DNA of 64,000 nucleotides from Blepharisma stoltei ATCC 30299 (lineage: Eukaryota; Protista; Ciliophora): assembly GCA_965603825.1 (NCBI GenBank), contig CBFDEM010000037.1:434001-498000 (forward strand), written 5' to 3'. Both the position numbers and the translations under genes were made by a program. The stretch's first letter is position 1. Every line of letters begins with the position of its first letter. Positions 48,714-61,198 of this stretch are shown piece after piece. The notes beneath the pieces were generated by a model that was not told where the DNA came from, made no database searches, and worked only from the letters and a program-made list of their open reading frames with translations.

Positions 48714-49106
48714 ATGGAAACCCTTGATATTTCTAAAGAAGAACTTCCCAACTTCCTACCCTTTTCTTTAATTCAAGATGCCCTGGAAATCAATCCAACC
48801 CAAAATTTGCCTTGCCAACTTATAAAATCACCTCAAATTCCGCCTCTGGAAAGCCGGATTCACGGCTACCGTCTAAAAAACTCTAATGAAAAATGCACGC
48901 GCTGTGAACTCAGCCTCACGAATTTATTTAGCCTATATAATTTCGAGCAAGAAGTTCAAAAGGAAATTAAACAAGTTGAAAAGCAGAACATGTCAATATT
49001 CCAAGCGTTGAAACAAGATAAAATTTTTGAATTAGCTGAAGACCAAATTAAAAATTTACTGTCAAGTGATAAAGAAAATATTGATCCTCGCAAGCTTAAA
49101 TTTTAA
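48714..49106 (+). CDS. Hypothetical protein (130 aa) with CxxC and C-terminal KEN-box-like motif
   Basis: ATG after an AT-rich leader, TAA stop; CTRC; DKENIDP. Confidence 0.7.
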   Translation: METLDISKEELPNFLPFSLIQDALEINPTQNLPCQLIKSPQIPPLESRIHGYRLKNSNEKCTRCELSLTNLFSLYNFEQEVQKEIKQVEKQNMSIFQALKQDKIFELAEDQIKNLLSSDKENIDPRKLKF

Positions 49107-49226
49107 CTTATTTACTTTATATACAAATACTGATGCTAAATTAAGATATAATATTGGCAAGTAAAACAAAATTAGGAAGGTTAGGTCATTCTTTTAGCTG
49201 TTATAACTCTATGCTTATTTTAAAAA

Positions 49227-50915
49227 TTACAACCTCATAGTCTGTCTTTTAATTGAAATATTAGGCAGCTCTCTTTGACTATTTTCAAATTCATAAGATC
49301 CAGGCGTTTCTCTTAGTTTTCGCATTTCCTTATAAACCTTTTGAGTTTTTTCATATGTAAAATTTAGTGGTGACTGGCGCCGTGAAATGCGTGATGTGTT
49401 AGTTGTTTCATTTTTTGTGTGGCTTATTTCTGAGTCTTCAATTATATGCAAACTTTCATTAAACCTGTTTTTTTCTTCTTTTGGCTCTCGAATATAAGGA
49501 GAAGCTGAATATCGGCCTAATGGGATTTGTGGGGTTAAGCTTTCAGGGCGTGATGATTTTTGAGAAACAAATTTAGATTCAATAAGTCTCGATAAAGCAT
49601 TATAAATCTGCAATTTTGAATTTTCTTCTGACCTTAGCCGCGCTTCAAGGGTAAACAGCCGTGCTTCAGTTGCACTCATACCTTCAAGCTGACTCAAATT
49701 CATAGGAAGCCATGCAAGTTTATCTCTAAGCTCTTTAATATACACGCCCGTATTTGATGCTTCGCTTTTTAACCAGGTTTCCAAATTTTGAATTGAGTCA
49801 TTTAAATCTTTACTGAATTTAAGTTCTTGCTCTTTAAGGGTATTTTTTAGTTCAGCATTGATAATTTTCGAAATTTCTTCAATTTCTTTTCGAACTTCAT
49901 CCATTGACAGCCCTGGAGGTGGAGGAGGCGGCTGGTTTTCTTTGATGATTTTTAGTATGTCGATTTCGCCCAGATTTAATGATGAAATTTGAATTTCTTC
50001 TTTTGGGGCGGGTGGTTCGATTTCTGAAACAGCCACTTTGAGATCTTCTAATTCAGCTTGGTGCTTTGAGAAAAGTGCATTTAATTCGTCGATTTTTTTT
50101 TGCAAGTCAATGTGGTAGGTATTTTTAATCTGAAATTTGTTCCCAAAAGACGTTTGTGTGTACTCTAGAAGGGTTTCCATCATTTCTATGCCTTTTTGTG
50201 TTTCTTCTCTAGCTTCTTTTAGTCCTTCTTCATATTTTTGTTTTTCCTCATCTATCCTTTTATTTATAACTCCAAATATTTCTGAATTTGCTGCTTTTTC
50301 TTTATTAATGAGATTTTCTAAACTTTTTGCTTTGTCTCTTATATATCTGAATAGACTTTACGTGTTTGTTTCATCAATTCTCTTGTACATTCCTAATATT
50401 TCTGGCTCAAATTGTTTTTCAATATCCCCTTTGATTTGGGCAGGCATGTTATCTTTGATTTCTTGGATTTTTGAGTGGACTTCAAACTTTGTAGGTAATG
50501 CTTCAATTTTCTGGTTAAGGTCTTTAGATTCAGCTTTCATGTATTGAAAAAGCTGATCATTTACTTTTTTATTGCTTTCTCTATCATTTCTAATTTCCTC
50601 ATTAATTTTATCAATATTTTGCTTGTTTTCTTGTTCTCCTCGAGATATTGATAACAAAATTTCTTCTTCTTTTTTGCTTAATTGTTCATTTGTAGCCTCA
50701 ATCGCTTTAAGGAAATTAGTTTTTCGTTTATTTGCTTTGACTATAACTGTCCCCAAAGTGGATTTTATGCTTAAAATTGACTGCTGATGGTCAGCAAGAA
50801 GCTTGATAATCATGCTTAAAGCAGATTTGATAGGAATAGGGATATTAGTTCACTCTTGAGGGTCAATTTGTGTCAGTCTTTCCAGTGTTTTTGTCTCTCT
50901 AACTGTGGTATCCAT
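49227..50915 (-). CDS. Coiled-coil hypothetical protein (~557 aa, 1 intron)
   Basis: ATG 50915 MDTTVRETK...QE(W=TGA)TNIPIPI. The 15-nt intron at 50347-50361 joins the two track ORFs. Contains EARLFTLEARLRSEEN. Confidence 0.8.
50347..50361 (-). other. 15-nt spliceosomal intron
   Basis: gtaaagtctattcag. Contains an in-frame TAA; A at -6. Confidence 0.88.
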
Positions 50916-50955
50916 GGGAATATTAATGAATTTGTTAAAAATAGCTAGAAATATA

Positions 50956-52665
50956 ATGAATACCAAGAAGAAGGAAGCCACAGCACTGAAAGGTCTGATG
51001 AAGAAAATGCAAAAAGGCAAAGATCACATCATGAAAAACGAAAATTTTAGCCAATATTTCCAAGATGAGCCATCAGCTGACATGTTTTTGCTTCATTATT
51101 CAGATGGCCAAGAAAGAGATTTCAGTATCATAAAATCTCATTTAAGTTCATATGGAGAAATCAAGAATTTGGTGGTAATTCCAGGTATTAATTATGGGTT
51201 CCTTACCTATAGCTCTATAGATTCAGCTATTTCTGCTTATAATTCTGTGAATATGCCTTTAAACCTGCTTCAATTTCCATCAAAGCCTCATCAAATTTCC
51301 TTAATTTACACACCAATTAACGTGAGGGAACTTAAAATAGTTCAAGGATGCTGGTGTTCTTTAAATGTCCCAGTCCCTGGACTAAATTTGGAGCAAGAAT
51401 TTATCACCCCTGAAGAAGAAGATTTTCTTGCAAATCATATTGATGAACTATCATGAAGCCCTTTAACAAACAGAAGGGTCCAGCAGTTTGGTCATGATTT
51501 TTTACAAGAAAATCAGCCTGATATAGCAATTCCGGAGTTTTTTAATTTTATTTTGGATAGGCTTGAAAATGAGCTTGGAATCCGCTTTGACCAGATTACT
51601 GCTACAGAATACATTCCTGGAGATTTTATAGCGCCACATTTAGATGCTCACTCTTCCTTTGAAGACACTATTGTTTGTTTAAGCTTAAATAGCCCATCAA
51701 GCATGAATTTCCGCCATCCAGAAGGAAGTGAGTTTAACCAATTTTTGCCACCAAGGTCAATATTGGCCTTAACAGATGAAGCGAGGTACTTATGAAAACA
51801 TTCAGTTTGGAACCGAAAATATGATATTTTTGAAGGAATTTCTATACATAGAAGACGAAGAATTTCTCTTACTTTCAGAAAAGTAAGAAATGTCCGCTGT
51901 GAGTGCAATTTTCCATCAGTTTGTGACAGAAACGAAGAAAAGCTTATCATAGAAGAAACAAAAGACCTCAACCCAACCAGTCTAGAAAAGGATTTTGTGT
52001 TTGATACTTATGATAAAATCGCATCACATTTTTCACATACAAGATATAAACCTTGGCCAAAAGTCGACGAATTTCTAAAAGATCAAGAACCATTTTCTCT
52101 TATTTTAGACATAGGGTGCGGAAACGGCAAATATTTATATGATGATCCATTATGTAGGATTGGTACAGATAGGAGCTTCAAAATGCTTGAAATTTGTGCA
52201 GAGAGAGGATTTTCAGTTTTTAATGCAGACTGCTTAAATGTTCCTATCAGATCAAATTCAGTCGATGTTGCTATAGAAATTGCTGTAATTCACCACTTAT
52301 CGACTTCTTCTAAAAGAATTCAAGCAATGAAAGAAATTTTAAGAGTTCTTGTACCTAACGGGCAAGCTTTAATTTATGTATGGGCACGAGAACAAACTGA
52401 AAGGGCTTTCACAGACCAAGACTGCTTCGTTCCTTGGCATCTAAACAAAGTATATGAAAATGAAGAAGAAGACACAAAAGGAGAACAAAGCAACGACCCA
52501 GACAAAGTCGTCTACAAGCGATTTTACCATGTTTTTAAACAAGGTGAACTAGAAAGCTTAGCAAAAGAAGCCAAAATTGACGGCTGGAAATTCGAAATTA
52601 TGAAGCATTATTATGATAGGTCAAATTGGTGTGTCAGGCTAAAAAAGGTTAAGGATGAAGAATAA
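50956..52665 (+). CDS. ALKBH8: ALKBH8/TRM9 tRNA wobble-uridine modifying enzyme (RRM + AlkB + Zn + methyltransferase, ~569 aa)
   Basis: Three track ORFs join via TGA at 51454 and 51793. RRM; RRVQQFG; HLD...WKH...RRISLTFRK; CECNFPSVCD; YDKIASHFSHTRYKPWP; LDIGCGNG; IAVIHHL; NWCV. In-frame ATGs at 50914 and 50926 are alternative starts. Confidence 0.93.
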
Positions 52666-52667
52666 TT

Positions 52668-55235
52668 TTACAATAAATAATTTCCTTCTGATAAATCAAA
52701 GGAAGAATTTTGGTTTGACGAGAGTTTCGGTTTCTTACTTGTAGCATGATGCCTTTGATGCTTTAAAATATCGTTGGAAAATGATTTTACCTGATTCAAA
52801 TCATATGAAATTGATGGGAAATCGCCTGTGACTTCACAGTTGTGAACATTCGAAAAGTGGGATTTGTTGATTTTTTCTATTAATTCTTCTCGAGACTCAA
52901 TATAGTCTTTTTGGATCGGAGCTTTTTTGTTGAGTGAAATAGCTTTTTGCTGAGAAAAGGCTGGGGTTTTATCGTGGTTAAATGTGACTTCGAAATTTGG
53001 GTTCTCTTTGTTAATTGGAGGAATCATTTCGTGGCCAAATGTGATTTCTTTGTAAACTAGCTCATTCATATTATCTCATTTTTCTTTAGGAAAGTTTGAC
53101 TCTTTATAATAATCTGTCTTTTTCTCTACTTTTTTAGGCTTATTTAAGCCTAAAGGTTTACCTGCTCTGTCAGGAGATTTTTCTTTTATTCTAACTGGCT
53201 CTAAATCAACGTCTTTTGCTTGCCAGATACTTTTAAATCCAGATTTACATATATAATCTGCATCTATTGGCTGGTCTTTTTCTAAAATTTGCTTTTCATT
53301 TATAGATTTTTCACTTTTCTTTTTTCTAAATGATTTTTCTGTAGCTTCTTCATTTTCCAATATTTTTTGCACAAAATGCGGCGATATTTTACCTCCAAAA
53401 TTTTCAGGAATATCCTTAACATTTAAATATTGCTTTTCTTGAGAAAATTCAGCTGATCCATTACTTTCTTTTCTCTCATGCGAATTTTTGTTATTCTTGA
53501 TAAACTTATCCCCTATTTCTTTTTCATGTGGAGATCTTAAATTAAACAGCGGCTTCTGAAAAGGCTTCTTTGCGTCTCCTGATCTTGAGTTTTTTCTTGA
53601 TTTTTTAGCGATATCTAAGTCTTTATCATTTTCATGTTCTTTGTCATCAGTTTTTTGAAGAGATTGCATTTCTTTCGAAATAATTTCTTCTAGAGCTTTA
53701 AACTCTTTTGTAGACTCTGAATAATCTCTTTCAGTGGTTTTCTTTTCATTTATATGAAAAACCTCTTCATTCCTTTCACTATTTGTATCTAATTTTAATG
53801 TAGGGATACTTTCTGTATCATTTTCAGTCAATTGAAGCGTGGCTTCATCTCTAAACGTTGCTTCTAATTTATTTTCAATCAAAATTTCTTCATTGTTTTT
53901 CCAGCTGTCTCACAAGTCTTCATTTTCTTCATAAATTTCTTTAACTTTTTCCAATAATGGGTCAATTTTATCTAGCTCTTCGGCAATCTTATCTCTATAG
54001 CTTTTAATTTCTTCCTCATCAGCAATCTCTTCTATTGGCTCAACTTCACTGCTTATTCGGCTTATATCATTTGATTTATTTTTAAAAGGATCTTCATTTA
54101 TTTCTTCAATCTCCTCTGCAAGACTTGAAGTATTAGTTAGTGCGTCAACTAGACAGCCTAAACTATGATTTGTGGCGTATTTCATTATGTCATATAATTC
54201 CTTATTGATATTTTCAAGCAATTCTGTTTTATTTTTAAGCTTAGTTTCCATTTCATCAATTTTTTCTTTATTTGTCTGGAGCTTTTTTTCGATATTTTTC
54301 TCTTTACATGATAACTGGCCTATAGATAAAAATAATTTTCTTTCGATTATTGATAATTGCTTTTGAAGTTTTAAATGTGTATCAATCATTATTTTTTCTT
54401 GTTGTGATAAAGGATTAAATAAATTTTTTGCGATTTTTTCAAGAACTTCAAGCTCATTAGTTAGGTCAGCCTCTTTATTGTACAAATGTTCATAGTAGTC
54501 GTTGTCTTTTTCCATTTTTTCTTCTAAATTTTCAAATTGTAATTTCAGCTTTTTTTCTTCAATTAACAATTCATTATATTCTGTGACTTCTTTTGGTTCA
54601 ATTTCTTGCTCTTTTTTTATTAAAACTGCACCTCTTTCCTTCTGTTCTTCATATTTTACTTTCAATTGTTTTTCATAATTTTTTAAAATCCTTTCCTTTT
54701 CCTTTATCTCTTCTTTTAAGTTTTCTTTATAATCCACATTTCGCAATTTTCTAATTCTTTTTTGTAGCTTATTGCTTTCAGCTTCATAGTAATTTAGTTG
54801 CTTTTCTATTATGCTCATCTGTTCAGCCTTGCTTCTATGCCTGATTATACTTGAAGACCTAACAACTATTTTCTTTTTCAGCTTTTCCAAGGCATCATCC
54901 AAATTTGCGTTAATAGCTTTCAATTGGTTTTTTAGCATTAAATTCTCTTTTTCAAGTAAAAGTAAAGAGTTTCGGTTTTTTAAAGGTGAAATTCTACGGG
55001 AGATTATGCCTGATCTCGCTCTCTGCAAGCTTGCTGTGCTTGATGAGGATCTTGAGCGAAAAGAAGCTGTATGTGTTATATGCTTTGCTGGGGATTTTTC
55101 AATTTCTTTATCTGTTGAGATATTTTGAAATTCCTTTTCTATTTCATTTTCAGCTTCAAAATCGCTTTCATAATCTGCAGAGTCTTTATTCTCGGAATCA
55201 TTGTAGATGTTTGTTAACGAATCAATTTTAATCAT
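52668..55235 (-). CDS. Coiled-coil protein (~855 aa), likely paralog of 29842-32040
   Basis: Three track ORFs in one frame via TGA at 53910 and 53076; DYESDFEA and coiled-coil similarity to the 32040 gene. Confidence 0.8.
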
Positions 55236-55470
55236 AATAAGCAGGATAATAAAACATTAATTCAAAATATTAAGTTAACACAATTATGCTGAGAATAGTG
55301 TCATATTTCTTATATGATTGATTATTTTCATTTGCGTTTTCAGTTAAGACTTATAATCTGATATATATTTCATTGTTAATTACTATTCAATATTTCTTCC
55401 ACAAATTTAGTTGCTATCGCAAATTTATTTTTTGCATTAAATTAAGCATCATATTAATTGCTTCACTCTA

Positions 55471-56259
55471 ATGTCTATAGCATTTATATCCAATGTAATT
55501 TTTAACAGCTGTATCATAATACATTCAATGAAAAAAACCTATCACTCTGCTCATTATAAAAGAATTGACTTATCAAAAAGTGTGAAGCCAGGCAACGTTA
55601 TCGTTAACACTGATTTTTCATCAGCAAAACTGTTTCTAAAAATTGGAAACCCCAAATATAAAAAGCTAATAATTCCAGGATACTTGCATTCCCCAAGAAA
55701 ATCATTGCCGCTTGAATCAAAGATTGAAACTGAGGAGCCTCCTCAAGAACCATCTCCTATCCCAAACCAATACTCAGATATTGAGCAAATTAAAAATGCA
55801 ATCTTTTCTCCTCCAAATCCATCACCTACAATTCGGTCATTTTCACAGAGATCGAACTATGTCCCTACTTTAAATCTTGGAAACCCAAATCATGAAGGAC
55901 GTCTCAGCTTAGGCTCAATTAAAAGTGGCCATAATGAATCAGAAATGGGAAGCATTGAGCAGATACATGCATCAAGCATTGATAGATATGAAAGAATTTA
56001 TGAAAGAAGCCACACACGGTTGGAAAACGATAGAGATAAATATATAAATATCAAACAGAAATATGAAGAGCTTCTTGAGCATTATACTCAAAGCAAATTT
56101 TACTATGAAGAAGAGATAAGGAGGCTTAATCTTGAAATAAAAAAACTAAAATTGGAAAGTTTTCATAAATACAGAAAGTCAGATTCAGATGAAAATAAAA
56201 TTCTGAAAGAGCTTCAAGAAATAAAATCAAAGTTGTGTTTAAAATCAAAAATAATTTAA
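55471..56259 (+). CDS. Hypothetical protein with C-terminal coiled coil (start may be 55528)
   Basis: 262-codon ORF ending TAA; S/P-rich middle and coiled-coil end. Confidence 0.75.
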   Translation: MSIAFISNVIFNSCIIIHSMKKTYHSAHYKRIDLSKSVKPGNVIVNTDFSSAKLFLKIGNPKYKKLIIPGYLHSPRKSLPLESKIETEEPPQEPSPIPNQYSDIEQIKNAIFSPPNPSPTIRSFSQRSNYVPTLNLGNPNHEGRLSLGSIKSGHNESEMGSIEQIHASSIDRYERIYERSHTRLENDRDKYINIKQKYEELLEHYTQSKFYYEEEIRRLNLEIKKLKLESFHKYRKSDSDENKILKELQEIKSKLCLKSKII

Positions 56260-56933
56260 ATATGACAATTATGCTTCGAATTTTAAGTTAGTGTTAGTTA
56301 AATTATCTTTCATATATAAAAGATTAATAAATGATGGTTTAGAATCAAAAGCTTTAATGCTTTCTGAACTACAATTTTAAATTCATATGTGCTAGAAACT
56401 TGAGAAGTTATCATAAGCTAGATAGAAATCAAAATGATTTATATTTATCAGAAATCTTTAATAAATAATTTAACCTCAAATAAGAGATCTTTAATGTTAA
56501 TTTCGTCAGAAATCTACATATTTGAATATAAAATTTTTAGAACAGTGCAAAAATAAATTATCAATTGCAATTTTATAAAGGGCTTAAGTTTTAAATTTTC
56601 TCATTCTGATATTTCATCTGCAACCTATTAATTACTTTCTGATATTTAATACGCTAGTGTGCTCGAAAATTACTTAATTAGCAACCTCTTGATTTACCAT
56701 TAAATAAATCTTTCAGATCATAATTGTTTGCTTGAACTATTAGTGGAAAATAAGTCATTCCATCGACTTTTGTTTAAGGAAAGATAAATAAGACTATTAA
56801 TAATAATTATCATAATTATTTCTCAAGCCTTTTCTCTATTAAATTAATCGTAATTTAAAATAAATTCCGGCTATTATTCAGTAATCCAAAATGACCACTT
56901 CTTATACTGATTTAAATTGAAGGTATAATAAAT

Positions 56934-58274
56934 ATGTCTCATTTACAAAATTATACAATACTTAAATCACTCGGTAAAGGCACATTTGGTAAAGTAAAAC
57001 GTAAAAATTATCCAGTTGCTTCCCACAAATTGACGGGCATAAAAGTTGCCTTTAAAATATTACATCAAAAGGACACTAAACCTGAAAAGTCTAGATTGAT
57101 GAGAGAATTGACGATCCATCAAAAACTAAGGCATTTTAATATAATCAGGCTGTAATAAATATATAGATACGAAGTTATTGAGACAGTTGACAAAATTTAT
57201 ATGGTCATGGAATATGTACCTAATGGTGATTTTCAAATGTTTTTGAATAAGAATGGGAAACTAGATGAAGAAAAAGCTAGGTTTTATTTCCAGCAGCTTA
57301 TTTCAGCTGTCAAATTTTGTCATAAAAAAAAAGTTGCTCATAGAGATTTAAAATTAGAAAATTTAATGCTGGATGAAAATATGAATATTAAGATAAGTGA
57401 CTTTGGATTATCGAATTTTATGGAAGATGGGAAATTTTTACAAACTTATTGTGGCTCATTAAATTATTCGGCACCTGAAATATTATTAGGCACTCCATAT
57501 AATGGAGCTAGTGTAGATATTTGAAGCTGTGGAGTTATTCTCTATACTTTTTTGACTGGGATGCTACCTTTTTCAGGAAGCGATGTAAGATCTTTATTCA
57601 AAAAAATTGTAAATGGAAGATTTGACATTAAACCAGTCAAATATTCAAAGCCTGCTTTAGATCTGATATACAAAATGCTTGACCCAGACCCTATTTCTCG
57701 TATTAACATAGAACAGATTGAAGAGCATCCTTGGATTAAGCAAAATTTACCTATGAGTTTAAATGTATTAAAACCAAAAAATTCTTATTTCGACAGCCAT
57801 AATAAAATTTCATCATATGAAGATATAGACTCTGAGATATTTGAAACCCTTATGAAATTCCCAGAATTTTCAAACCTAAAAATTCCATTCGAGCTCGTAA
57901 AAAACAGGATTTTAAATCATGAAAAATCAACTTTTACCATTGCTTATGAATTACTATTAGAAGCAAAAATCAAAAAAGGCAGCAAATCATTGATACAAGA
58001 TAAGGTACTTAGGAACAATATGAATTTGAATAAGAATGTAAATAATAGAGATAAATCAAAAGCCAATGAAAATAACAAAGAAAACGTTTTCATTGCAAAT
58101 AGGAAAAATCTATTGCACAATAGAGAGAAAAGAATCATTTGTAAAAAATTGTCATACTTTTTTAGGAACTTGCAGCGAATATTTATTTATATCGCTTCGT
58201 CTATATGGAAACTTTGCACTGAAACCTGTGAAGAGCAAGTATGCTCGCTACACAAGAAGGTAGATACACTGTAA
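56934..58274 (+). CDS. SNF1/AMPK-alpha-like (CAMKL) Ser/Thr kinase with UBA-like domain (2 introns)
   Basis: LGKGTFGKVK, VAFK, HRDLKLEN, DFGLSN, TYCGSLNYSAPE, DI(W=TGA)SCG. Introns at 57001-57015 and 57152-57166. The exact C-terminus is uncertain. Confidence 0.9.
57001..57015 (+). other. 15-nt in-frame, stop-free intron
   Basis: gtaaaaattatccag. Removal restores canonical GKVKLASH. Confidence 0.88.
57152..57166 (+). other. 15-nt spliceosomal intron
   Basis: gtaataaatatatag. Removal restores NIIRLYEVIET. Confidence 0.92.
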
Positions 58275-58369
58275 GGTCTATCCAAAGCTTTCATAATTTT
58301 TTATAAAAATAAATTATTAATGAGATTTTACTCTTCAAAATCACGTAATTAGCTTAAGTACTTGTCTCA

Positions 58370-61147
58370 TTATTCTTTTTTGGCTTTCTTTTTGTATTCA
58401 TTATGTAAAAACTCTTCTTGCTCTTCAGGCAGCATCTTTTCCCATTCTCCTTGATAAATCTCTATAAACGGTATATCAGCAGCTTTCAATATGTTTTTCT
58501 TCATAATCCAGTATTTAAACATATCTTTTTCTCCAGTCCTGCTCTCATACCCATTGCTTTTATATAAGTAATGATCTTTGTCATATAAAAGTATTTCCTT
58601 TTGCCCGAGCTTCAAATCAAGCTTCATACCTAAAAAGTGTCTTTCCCTGTCATCAATATCAAAATGCAAATTCTTAGCTACCTCTTTTACACTTTCAAGG
58701 AACCCAGGTCTAATATCTGCGCGGAATCCCATTTTTTTGATAAAATTTTCTGATTTCCCCTTGACTAAATTTTTCAATTTGTTCAAAAATACTTTATGCT
58801 TTGCACCCTGGGGAGGATTTAAAGCTAGTGCCTGCATTAATAGTCCATAATCAAAAGGATCAAGGCAGCGTGTTTGCTCCTTATCACTATAGTCTCTAGC
58901 CCTGCTTCACTTATTTAGCCTTAAGTCTATATCAACTCCTGGAAGTTCTAACAAAATTTGATAAAGTTTTTCATTCCAAATCTCTCGATCTTTAATTTCA
59001 AAAGCAGCCAGCCCCCATACCATTTCTGCTAGAGCAAACGCAGGGAAATTCTCGTCAAACCTAAAAAATGCGCTCATCACTCCTCTGAACCTAAAAACCA
59101 CTCCAAAATTGGTCTGAACTCTTACCATCTCATTGCTTGTTATAAACTTCCTGATTTTCTGTAGCATTTGCATGAAAAATTCTTCTTTTCCGATCATTCC
59201 AAATGCAAGAGTAGCTCTGGCAGTAGGCATTGGTGCGAAATTTTGCATGGACAAGTTCAAAACTTCTATGCATCTATTATAAAATGCGATAGATGCACAA
59301 TTTAGCCTTAAAAATGCAAAAATTGGCCGAAACATATTAAACTCATTCAGCATCACAATTTTATCTATCATCTCTCCTTCAAATTTTTCAATTATTTCAG
59401 GTTTCTGCAAATACTTGTTTTCATACACAGTCGTTATTAAATCTAATAAATATGCTAAACTATATATCCTTTCTTCTGTAATAGATTCTTCAATTATTTT
59501 TATTAGCTCCTGCCTGCTGTTGAATCCATAAAAATTGTCTTTCTTATTCTTCTCCATAATTTTTTTAAGTTCTTTCATTCTGGCAGTTTCTTCATCTTGA
59601 CTGAGGTTTTTTGCATATCCGTAAATCTGGTGTTCAAGGTCTTCTTCCTCAATTTCAATATTAGTAACTTCATTGCGTTTCATTTCTTCGTATTCGTCTC
59701 TAATTTCTTCTTGTCTTTCATCAACTAGTGTCTCATAATTTATGTTAGCCAACCTCTCTGCAGCTTTTTCATGAAATTTGGGGTTATTTGTCATTTGTGG
59801 TGGAAAGCATGAGATTATCTTCAGAATGTCTTCTGGATTGGTTTCTGGGTCCTCTAGCATTCCAAACGCAATGTCTTCAAGCATTTTCATCAGTTTTGGG
59901 TATACAATCCTTGAGTTATTGAGCTCGATCATAATAGCTTCTAAATACTCTGGAGCTGTCCAATTTCTTTTACGTACTTTATTTTCTATCGTAATAATAA
60001 GCATTTTTATATGATGGACATTGTCATTCAGTTTTGGTGAAAGAAGCCAAACCATGTGTGCGAGCTCAATTTCAGTCGCGTCTTTCCAAAACTCGAAAAT
60101 TAGATCTTTTAGTTTTTGTTCAAGCTCTGGGAGCTGAAATGTATGTCTCGCAAATATGTTGAGCCATGCAAGCAAGATATCTAAATTTTTTGGCTGATTT
60201 CGGTCGTTAATCAAATTAAGAAAATGCTGCTCAACCTTGAGCTTAAATTCTTTTGAAACATGCTCAGCACCAATGATATCTCGTGCAAGCTTGGTGGAGG
60301 ATTTTAAAGAATTGAATTTTCCTTTATCGATGCATTTGGTCAGGACTTTTTCTGTACATTTTATCAATACTTGAATGTGCTCCTCGTGCTTTTCTTCTTC
60401 TAAAAAGATTAGGAAATGGGACACTATTCGTGGATTCATGCCCCAGAAATACTTATTTCTTACAACCAGCACACATAAAGTATTAATAAACAATGTGTCG
60501 CCCCATCCTTTGTGACGGAGAGCACGTGCTGTCCCAAATAGAGCTACAGGTGGAAGTTTTTCATATTCCTGAGGTGGGATCCATTTTAAGGACTCTATTA
60601 TATTGTCAATCAGCTCTTTGATTTTTGCGTCATAATAGGGGATCATTGAATAATGCGAGATAATAAATATTTTTTCTGGGAGTTTTAGCTTAGAGTATTT
60701 TTTCAATAAAAATTGAGTCACTACTCGCCAGTAAGGCACAATATACGGTTCAATGTTGAGGGTGTCATTCATAGCTATATTAGATGAGAGTTCTATTACC
60801 CCATGCAAAGAGAAATCATCAGCTCTATTAGCCAAATCTCCAACTAAAAATTTCACAGCGTCAGCTGACTCTGGATCTAGCCTTTGTACGTCAAGATAAG
60901 GTATTTCTTTGGAAAGTTTCAAATATTCTTCTTCAGTTAAAGACTTCTTTTTCGCATCATTCAGAACTTCAATCCCTTTTTCCCATTTCTCTCAGTACTT
61001 GCCGTCTTGTTCTCCATCTTGATCAGATGTTTCAAGATCTGGGACTGTGGTGGAAAACTTAAAATTGATTGGCTTTGTGAGCAAATTTCGTGAAATCAAG
61101 CTTTGAGATGGGATACGAGCGGCACGCGTGAATATCCACCTGAACAT
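58370..61147 (-). CDS. Mitochondrial helical-repeat protein with C-terminal RAP domain (FASTK-like, ~925 aa)
   Basis: ATG 61147 with an Arg/Ser-rich, acid-free presequence (MFRWIFTRAARIPSQSLISRN). Joined via TGA at ~60992 and 58907. C-terminal DLKL...HY...MKKNILKAADIPFIEIYQGEW is RAP-like. Confidence 0.75.
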
Positions 61148-61198
61148 TTTAATAATAAATGGAAATCGATTAAATGTTATATTATTGGATAATGCATT

